Source of the DNA: Promethearchaeota archaeon Loki_b31 | Lineage (GTDB): Archaea; Asgardarchaeota; Lokiarchaeia; Sigyniarchaeales; SOKP01 | Length of the DNA: 16,836 nt | Assembly: GCA_005222975.1 (NCBI GenBank) | Contig: NJBI01000063.1 | Span: 1-16,836 of the forward strand | Reading direction: 5' to 3' | Part shown: positions 8,709 to 15,253 of the stretch, one piece after another | Layout of the letters: the number at the start of each line of letters is the position of its first letter | Position numbering within the stretch: the first letter of the stretch is position 1 | Program-made: the position numbers and the translations under genes | Notes under the pieces: generated by a model | Seen by the model: only the letters and a program-made list of their open reading frames with translations | What the model was told of the DNA's origin: nothing | The model's database searches: none

Positions 8709-8811
8709 TAGCCCAGAGGGGAATTATTCCTTCTTAAAGAATTTTTGAGAAGATTGAACCCCTGATCACTTGCTTCGCAGGCAAGCGTCTTATCCACTCG
8801 ACTACTGGGCT
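8709..8811 (-). tRNA. tRNA-Arg(GCG) with a 30-nt intron in the T-loop (position 58/59); CCA not encoded
   Basis: Minus strand folds as: acceptor AGCCCAG/CTGGGCT + discriminator A; D-arm GTC/GAC with GG and A20 (Arg identity element); anticodon arm CTTGC-CTGCGAA-GCAAG (anticodon at 8778-8776); variable loop TGATC; T-stem AGGGG/CCCCT. Removing 8724..8753 gives T-loop TTCAATT and a 73-nt mature tRNA. Confidence 0.93.
8724..8753 (-). other. Archaeal tRNA intron with BHB splicing motif
   Basis: Central 4-bp helix GTTC/GAAT, two 3-nt AAT bulges on opposite strands, intron helix CTTCT/AGAAG, outer helix GGG/TCC. Cutting after the second nucleotide of each bulge releases exactly 30 nt. Confidence 0.88.
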
Positions 8812-8836
8812 AAGCTTTACTGCTTTTCCTATAATA

Positions 8837-8844
8837 ATTATAAA
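8837..8844 (-). promoter_or_regulatory. Putative TATA box of the tRNA gene
   Basis: TTTATAAT on the minus strand, 26-33 nt upstream of the mature tRNA 5' end. Confidence 0.5.
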
Positions 8845-8894
8845 CGTGAATAATACTTAAAATACTTTATTTCTCTATTATAATTTATTAAGAA

Positions 8895-9590
8895 ATGTTT
8901 AAAGATAAAAACATGTTTGAAAATTATTGCGTAATATTCGATATGGACGGTGTATTGGCGGATACTGGGCCTATCCACTATGAAAGTTGGGTAAAATTAG
9001 CCAAACAGATAGGAGTTAAATTTTCCAAAAGATTTTTTAACCTCACTTTTGGTCAGCAATCTATTTCAATTACTCGGGAATTAGTAGGTCCAAAGATCAA
9101 ACAAGAAGTTGTTGAAAAATGGGCAAACCTTAAGGAACGGTATTATCGAGAGATGGTTAAAGATGGGTTAAAACCCTTGCCAGGGGCGCTGGTTTTAATA
9201 AAAGTTCTTCACGCTCGTAATTTTAAATTAGCCGTTGGCTCAAGTGGACCACCTGAAAATGTAGATCTATTATTGTCAACATTAAGTATAAAAAATTACT
9301 TTGATGTAATCATAACAGCAGCAGAAGTAAAAAATGGGAAGCCGGCACCCGATGTATTTTTAATAGCCGCTGAAAAATTAAATATTAAAGTAGATAATTG
9401 CCTTGTAATTGAAGACGCCCCTGTTGGCATAACTGCCGCACGGAAGGCAGGAATGAGCGTTATCGCTTTAAGAACAACACATTGTAACGTAGATCTTTTA
9501 GATGCAGATATGGTTGTTCAAGATTTAAGCTACATTAACATAAACGATATTTTGAAATTGTTAGATATTAATAAGAATAATCAACCATGA
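8895..9590 (+). CDS. HAD-superfamily phosphatase, beta-phosphoglucomutase/CbbY-like (subfamily IA variant 3)
   Basis: IFDMDGVLADT, AVGSS, GKPAPDVF, VIEDAPVGITAARKAGM. An alternative start exists at ATG 8913. Confidence 0.92.
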   Translation: MFKDKNMFENYCVIFDMDGVLADTGPIHYESWVKLAKQIGVKFSKRFFNLTFGQQSISITRELVGPKIKQEVVEKWANLKERYYREMVKDGLKPLPGALVLIKVLHARNFKLAVGSSGPPENVDLLLSTLSIKNYFDVIITAAEVKNGKPAPDVFLIAAEKLNIKVDNCLVIEDAPVGITAARKAGMSVIALRTTHCNVDLLDADMVVQDLSYININDILKLLDINKNNQP

Positions 9591-9615
9591 ATAGATTAAA
9601 AAAATCAAGAATTTC

Positions 9616-10743
9616 TTATAAAATCTTAACTTGATCTTTGCACTTATCTTTCACAATAAGTTTACCTACATTAGTAATTCGTTGTGCTAATTCAGTTATT
9701 TTCCACTTTTCGTGCTCTTTTACATAAGTAGCAAATGTGTCTTGTAGAGGATCTTTCCATTTAGGAAGTATGTTCTCAGCTCCCAATTGAACGCCTAAAA
9801 CCGCTCCTATATTTCCGCAGTTACAATCGGTATCAAGTCCCATCATAGCGGCAATGCAAATTGATTTGCCAAGTGGGTCTTTCTCATCTTGAGCTCCAAA
9901 TAATAAAGAAAGAATAATAATTCCAATATTAGGTAAAACATGTACTCCTGAAGTTTTAGTATGTAAAAACCTTCTTCTTTTTTTTTGAAGTAAAGATTCT
10001 GATTGAGAGCCCTTAACACCCGTTAACGCCAATTTATTTTTTCTTACATCATCCCAATAATTAATTAAATTCTCTCTTGCTTTTCTAAAGTTATCTGGAA
10101 ATAGATCATACAGGTTGATTGCTTTTTCTACCATTTGAGTATAATAACTCTCACTATTAGAAGGCAGAAATTTGAGAGAGTTCTCGATATTTAACCTAAT
10201 ATCTTCTTCAAAAAACGCGTGAGAAATTAAAACTGCTAAGTAAATTTCGCCTTCGATACCAATACCCGCATGTGAAATAGATCCATCCATTTCTGCAAAT
10301 TTTTTAGCTACTTCGGGACATCCAGGGGAAATTTGACCCCAAATATCTGCCCGCATCTGTGCTCCAATAGCATCGTAATAATAATTATTATGAGTGCCAG
10401 ACTTAGGTGGCCAAATTCCTGAATTTAGATTTTTTATAGCTATTTTTTCAGCAGTGAAATTTAATGTGTATAAAAGATTTACCCACTCTTGAGCAATATC
10501 TTTCGCTGTGACTTCGCTTCCGCGTTTTTCAAGGGCAACAAGTGCGCAGATTTCATACATTTCGTCGTCATTAACATAATCTAAATCAATAGGTTCAGGA
10601 AAATATTCGATAATTCCATACTTTTCTATAATTGTTGGGTACGGTACAAATTCGACTGGGGCACCTATAAAATCTCCCGCTACTCGCCCTAACCACGAGC
10701 CCAAAACTTTACTAAAATACTCTTTACTAGTTAACTCTTTCAT
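9616..10743 (-). CDS. ADP-ribosylglycohydrolase (DraG/ARH) family protein
   Basis: GDFIGAPVE, metal-binding NDDEMYE, GAQMR, ISH and GLDTDCNCGNIGAVLG motifs. Confidence 0.9.
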   Translation of the reverse strand: MKELTSKEYFSKVLGSWLGRVAGDFIGAPVEFVPYPTIIEKYGIIEYFPEPIDLDYVNDDEMYEICALVALEKRGSEVTAKDIAQEWVNLLYTLNFTAEKIAIKNLNSGIWPPKSGTHNNYYYDAIGAQMRADIWGQISPGCPEVAKKFAEMDGSISHAGIGIEGEIYLAVLISHAFFEEDIRLNIENSLKFLPSNSESYYTQMVEKAINLYDLFPDNFRKARENLINYWDDVRKNKLALTGVKGSQSESLLQKKRRRFLHTKTSGVHVLPNIGIIILSLLFGAQDEKDPLGKSICIAAMMGLDTDCNCGNIGAVLGVQLGAENILPKWKDPLQDTFATYVKEHEKWKITELAQRITNVGKLIVKDKCKDQVKIL

Positions 10744-10814
10744 ATTTGTGTCTTTTAATCTTTAATTTGAATTTGAATTAAAATATGAGAAATATATTAA
10801 ACTTATTAATTAAT

Positions 10815-11099
10815 TTATTTGGGATAATCAGGTTTGCTAGACACTAATGTAGTAGTTTCTTCAATCCAACTAGATAATTCTTCGTTAACGCGAATAAAAG
10901 TCACGATTTTATCTAATTCTTGTAGTTTAGTAAATGTGCATTCCACTACCAAATCCCAACCGCCATAAATAGGGGTTACATATGTCACTTTCCAATTTTC
11001 ATCGGGAATGGTTGACTTTAAACCGTTCAATCTCTCAACGACTTCCCATTCAGTACCAATAACTTTTAATCTAATTAGTATATATCCTCGATAAAAAAT
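10815..11099 (-). CDS. Stand-alone Lrp/AsnC ligand-binding (RAM) domain protein, about 94 aa, probable ATT start
   Basis: The frame is open upstream of the ORF-track TTG (11030) and encodes FYRGYILIRLKVIGTEWEVVERL, the first strand and helix of the domain. IYGGWDLVVE and IEETTTLV fit the RAM pattern. No HTH. GGTG lies 7 nt before ATT 11099. Confidence 0.8.
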   Translation of the reverse strand: MFYRGYILIRLKVIGTEWEVVERLNGLKSTIPDENWKVTYVTPIYGGWDLVVECTFTKLQELDKIVTFIRVNEELSSWIEETTTLVSSKPDYPK

Positions 11100-11263
11100 T
11101 TTCGAACACCAGAAATTCTCTTATTTATTATTTACTCCGATTTATTTATTTGCTAATATTCTCTTAATAAAGATTTATTTTTTTTGATAAGCTTTATTAT
11201 TAATACTCAAATAGCTTTAAATTTAGAATTGAAAATAACGATCTTTAATGCGTGATTTTTGTA

Positions 11264-13024
11264 ATGGATATTGATGAAATAAAAAAGTTATTATGGGTTT
11301 TTGGTCTTACAAATGCGGTGAAATTCGGGGGAAAACCGAATGTAAAGGCAATTATGGGTAAAATAATGAGCCAAAAGCCTGAATTAAGATCTCAAATTAA
11401 ACTGATTAAACCTTTATTAGATGAAACGATTATCGAAATTACTAAAATAACTTTAGAAGTACAAAAAGAGAAATTACTTGAATTGGATCCATCTGCTTTA
11501 GAGAAAAAAGAAACTAAGAAAGAGAAAAAAGAATTGCCAGAGTTACTAAATACGCAAAATTACGATAAAATCGTAATGCGTTTAGCACCATATCCAAGTG
11601 GTGCTTTACATATTGGAAATGCGAGAATGATAGTTCTAAACAGCGCATATATCAAGCGGTATAACGGGAAATTAATCTTATTCTTTGATGATACAATAGG
11701 GAGTCCAAAATCTTTGAGAGATAGCCCTAAAGCAAAATATGTGCTTCCTGAAGCTTACGACTTGATAAAAGATGGTTTAAAGTGGTTGGGGATTGATTAT
11801 TCTAAAATATATTACAAGAGTGATAGGTTAGAACTTTACTACGAATATTGTGAGAAACTAATTCAGGATAATATGGCATATGTATGTTTTTGTAGTGCAA
11901 ATGAGTTTAGGGAGAAATATAAAAAACAGAAAAAAAATTGTCCTCATAGAGATCAATCAATAGATATAAACTTAGAAGAATGGAACAACATGATTAAAAG
12001 TAAGTACCATGAAACAGAAGTTGTAGTTAGATTAAAAACGGGAATGGCCCAAAAAGATCCTGCAATAAGAGACCAAATAATTATGAGAATTTCTGAAGCG
12101 AATCACCCACTGGTTGGAAATAAATACATTGTTTGGCCAATGTTAGAATTTTCCTGGGCAATCGACGACCATTTAATAGGCGCTACACATATCTTAAGAG
12201 GCGCAGATTTGGTAAAAGAAGATATAATCGAAGCATTTATCTGGGAGCATTTTAACTGGAAAAAAGCGGAATTCTTGCATTACGGTAGAATTAAGTTTCC
12301 AAATATGAATTTAAGTAAAACTCAATCAAGAAATAACATATTAAGTGGTAAATACGAAGGATGGAACGACCCTAGGACTTGGAGCTTGCAATCGCTTAAA
12401 ATGCGAGGGATTAGACCAGAAGCTTTGAAAGAAACGCTTTTAGACCTTGGAATGTCAATTACTGGGATTACTTTTGATGAATCATGGCTTTATTCTAAAA
12501 ATAAGGATATAATTGATGAAGTTTCAGATAGGTATTTCTATGTAGAAGACCCTATTACAATTGAAATCGAAAACGTTCCTTTTTCAAAACACACGGCTGA
12601 ACCATTAGTACTACCGTCAAATCCTAAAAAAGGAAAAAGAAAAATAAATGTTAAAGCAAAAGAAGGTAAATTGAAAGTATTCGTTGCTAAATCAGATGCT
12701 TATAAATTTAAAATAGATCAAAATGTACGGTTAAAAGACCTAATCAACATTAAATTAACCTATATTGATGTAGAGAACCATAAAATAAATGCTCAGTTCC
12801 ATAGTTACGAATTAAACAGAGAATATTCAATTATTCAATGGGTATGTGAAGAAGAAAATGTGAAAGTTTCAATTCTAAAACCTGATGGGACTATTTCTAA
12901 GGGAAATGGAGAGCTTAACCTTGTAAACATTCCTATGAATAAAACGATACAATTCGAGAGATTTGGATTTGTAAATCCAATTAAATGGGAAAAAGACACA
13001 TTAGAATGTTATTTTACCCATTAA
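11264..13024 (+). CDS. gltX: Glutamate--tRNA ligase, archaeal type
   Basis: Archaeal N-terminal domain (NAVKFGGKPNVKAIMGKIM), RLAPYPSGALHIGN (HIGH), YVCFC..CPHR, IDDHLIGATHILRGAD, LSKT (KMSKS), GWNDPR and QFERFGF. ATG 11264 is preferred over GTG 11252, which looks like part of the SD (GTGA). Confidence 0.96.
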   Translation: MDIDEIKKLLWVFGLTNAVKFGGKPNVKAIMGKIMSQKPELRSQIKLIKPLLDETIIEITKITLEVQKEKLLELDPSALEKKETKKEKKELPELLNTQNYDKIVMRLAPYPSGALHIGNARMIVLNSAYIKRYNGKLILFFDDTIGSPKSLRDSPKAKYVLPEAYDLIKDGLKWLGIDYSKIYYKSDRLELYYEYCEKLIQDNMAYVCFCSANEFREKYKKQKKNCPHRDQSIDINLEEWNNMIKSKYHETEVVVRLKTGMAQKDPAIRDQIIMRISEANHPLVGNKYIVWPMLEFSWAIDDHLIGATHILRGADLVKEDIIEAFIWEHFNWKKAEFLHYGRIKFPNMNLSKTQSRNNILSGKYEGWNDPRTWSLQSLKMRGIRPEALKETLLDLGMSITGITFDESWLYSKNKDIIDEVSDRYFYVEDPITIEIENVPFSKHTAEPLVLPSNPKKGKRKINVKAKEGKLKVFVAKSDAYKFKIDQNVRLKDLINIKLTYIDVENHKINAQFHSYELNREYSIIQWVCEEENVKVSILKPDGTISKGNGELNLVNIPMNKTIQFERFGFVNPIKWEKDTLECYFTH

Positions 13025-13120
13025 GCTGACTGTTATATTTTTTATGTGTCATACTTTTAAATCAAAAACAATAATAGAACAATAGTATTTATTATTTTAA
13101 CATCTTAATATGTAATAAAA

Positions 13121-14221
13121 ATGAACGAAAATGAAAATTTAGACGATTCAACCAATATTGAGTTTAAATGGCTTTATTGTCCTATCTGTGGAACTAAGAT
13201 ACCTCAAATTAAAAATATAATATATTGTATTAAGTGTGGTGTTGACCTTCAATATATAAACACCCATATGAGGATGCCTTCTCGTAAAAATATACGTTAT
13301 CTGGGCTCCCCAGAAGCATTTTCTCAACAAAATTTTTATCTATCAAATAAACCTTTAAGAAAAAAACTTTCTGAAGAAGAACTCCTTAACTTAGAGGATC
13401 AGAAATTATGGGGTAGCTTTGCTTCTATTGGTATTACTGCAGCTGCATATGTTTTAATGAACTTCGTAGAAGTTTTAGTCATTGTAATTTTTATTTTATT
13501 TACATTTAACTTAGAGAGCGTATTAGAATTCTTAGTTAACCCGTATTTTATTATTGGTATCTCCTTTGTTGAATTAATATTTATTCTTGTTCCAACTTTA
13601 TACGTTGGTAAATATCTTCAGAGACCAACACTAAATAACCGTTTGATTTTATTAGGTTTTACTAAGAAAGGATTTGATAAGACTAAACTTATTAAAGAAA
13701 TCCTGATTGGTTTAGGATTTGCGGTAGTGGGAGTAACTTTAGTGTTATCCATCTCTTTTCTCATGGAAATTATATTGAGCCTAATTTTTGGATACGAAAC
13801 CATTCAGGATCTTTTTGGAACCGCTGGAGAAGTAGATACAATGATTGCCTCCGCAGACATTCTTAGCATTTTTCTATTAACCATAATAATGATATTAATT
13901 ATTGGTACTACCGAAGAAGTTTTGTTTCGAGGGTTTTTGCAAAAAGGGTTAGTTCGAAGTTTAGGTAAATCGTGGGGGATTGTTATTACAGCGTTGATTT
14001 TTTCATCGATTCATTTGATTGGAATTTTTACATCTCTAGGATCGCCCATAATATTTATAATATCATTTCTTTTTAATTTTTTTCCCTTTTTTGCTATTTC
14101 TTTGTTGCTTGGATTACTATTTAATTGGAGAAAAGAAAACTTAATCGCTGTTATGATTACACATGGCGTTTACAATGCGCTAACAATTATTCTTGCGTTT
14201 ATTGTTTTTAACTTTATTTAA
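13121..14221 (+). CDS. CPBP-family (type II CAAX / Rce1-like / Abi) intramembrane glutamic protease with N-terminal zinc ribbon
   Basis: EEVLFRG, FSSIH and HGVYN motifs, multiple TM helices, and N-terminal CPICG...CIKCG. Confidence 0.92.
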   Translation: MNENENLDDSTNIEFKWLYCPICGTKIPQIKNIIYCIKCGVDLQYINTHMRMPSRKNIRYLGSPEAFSQQNFYLSNKPLRKKLSEEELLNLEDQKLWGSFASIGITAAAYVLMNFVEVLVIVIFILFTFNLESVLEFLVNPYFIIGISFVELIFILVPTLYVGKYLQRPTLNNRLILLGFTKKGFDKTKLIKEILIGLGFAVVGVTLVLSISFLMEIILSLIFGYETIQDLFGTAGEVDTMIASADILSIFLLTIIMILIIGTTEEVLFRGFLQKGLVRSLGKSWGIVITALIFSSIHLIGIFTSLGSPIIFIISFLFNFFPFFAISLLLGLLFNWRKENLIAVMITHGVYNALTIILAFIVFNFI

Positions 14222-14239
14222 AATCAATTGAGATTTTCT

Positions 14240-15100
14240 ATGAGCATATTAGATATTTTCACTTCTAAAGTAGAAGGTAAAATTACTAACATTGGGATTG
14301 GATTAGGTGATTCGGAAGCCCATAATCTCAAAATCCTAAAAGCTACTATAAAACTATTAGAAATCAATAAATCTTCAGTGTATTTCTTTGGCAATAAATC
14401 TTCTATTAATCAAATTTCTAAAAACACTCTTTATAAAAAAAATTCGAAAAGAATCTTTTTAATCGATTCAAACGAGCCTGAATCTGAGATTTTAAATTAC
14501 CTAGGCAAAGAACTCATATCTTGCGTTGTAAGAGGTAGTTTGGGTTCAAGTAAATTCTTACAAAGCCTCAAAACATCCCTAAATATCTCAGAGATTGCCC
14601 GTTTAGCGTTATTAGAAACTTATAAAGGCCAACAATTTTTCTTCGGACCCGTAGGTATAGACGAATGCAATAATATTAAAAATAAAAAGATATTCTTAGA
14701 AAAAGCAATAAAAATATTAGAAGCTTTAAATCTTAAACCAAAGATCAGCATTTTAAGCGGCGGAAGGGTTGGAGATTTAGGCAGAAATCCGGATGTCGAT
14801 AAAACTATCAACGAAGCGAAAGAATTAGTAGATTATTTCAAGCTGGAACATCCAAAGTTGGAAATAAATCATACCGAAATTTTAATTGAAAAAGCAATTA
14901 ACGATAAATCTAATTTAATATTAGCACCAAATGGTATCTCTGGAAATCTAATTTATCGTACCTTGGTGCATTTAGGCGGAGGTAAAGCATATGGCGCAAT
15001 ATATATGGATATCGGGCATATTATAATAGATACATCTCGCGTAGGTGACTTTTCCGAGATTTATGGAGGATTTATTTTGGCTCTTGCGTTAACACATTGA
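14240..15100 (+). CDS. mtxX: MtxX / methanogenesis marker protein 4 (Mmp4)-like protein, phosphotransacetylase-like fold
   Basis: VRGSL, FFFGPVGIDE, LSGGRVGDLGR..VD, GISGNLIYRTL, GGGKAYGA and IDTSR match the MtxX pattern as recalled. Start is ATG 14240 or TTG 14228. Confidence 0.8.
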   Translation: MSILDIFTSKVEGKITNIGIGLGDSEAHNLKILKATIKLLEINKSSVYFFGNKSSINQISKNTLYKKNSKRIFLIDSNEPESEILNYLGKELISCVVRGSLGSSKFLQSLKTSLNISEIARLALLETYKGQQFFFGPVGIDECNNIKNKKIFLEKAIKILEALNLKPKISILSGGRVGDLGRNPDVDKTINEAKELVDYFKLEHPKLEINHTEILIEKAINDKSNLILAPNGISGNLIYRTLVHLGGGKAYGAIYMDIGHIIIDTSRVGDFSEIYGGFILALALTH

Positions 15101-15110
15101 AAAATAAATG

Positions 15111-15148
15111 CGGGGTCGGTCAGTCCCTCGATTTTTTTATTTGTTTTT
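15111..15148 (+). terminator. GC-rich weak hairpin followed by T-tracts after mtxX
   Basis: CGGGG..CCTCG stem (one G:U pair, 10-nt loop), then ATTTTTTTATTTGTTTTT. Confidence 0.35.
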
Positions 15149-15253
15149 GGAAAAAGTATAACAGAGATATATAAACTATATCAAAAGCTTAAATCTCATA
15201 AAGATATAAAAAAAAACAGTTTAAGATTTATTATACAAAATTAAAAAAAAAGG

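Noticed and set aside
8709-8760. tRNA 3' end as an attachment site of an integrated element
   Set aside because: No integrase and no duplicated tRNA 3' segment were found in the window.
10815-11030. ORF-track start at TTG 11030
   Set aside because: It would delete the first strand and helix of the RAM fold.
13148-13330. 60-aa antisense ORF
   Set aside because: Shadow of the zinc-ribbon region of the CPBP gene.
13618-13803. 61-aa antisense ORF
   Set aside because: Shadow of CPBP transmembrane-coding sequence.
160-14221. A eukaryote-like protein prenylation cycle linking the FLDH-like SDR and the Rce1-like protease
   Set aside because: The genes are about 12 kb apart, and no prenyltransferase, methyltransferase or CAAX-ending protein is present in the window.
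14620-14811. 63-aa antisense ORF
   Set aside because: Shadow of the mtxX-like gene.
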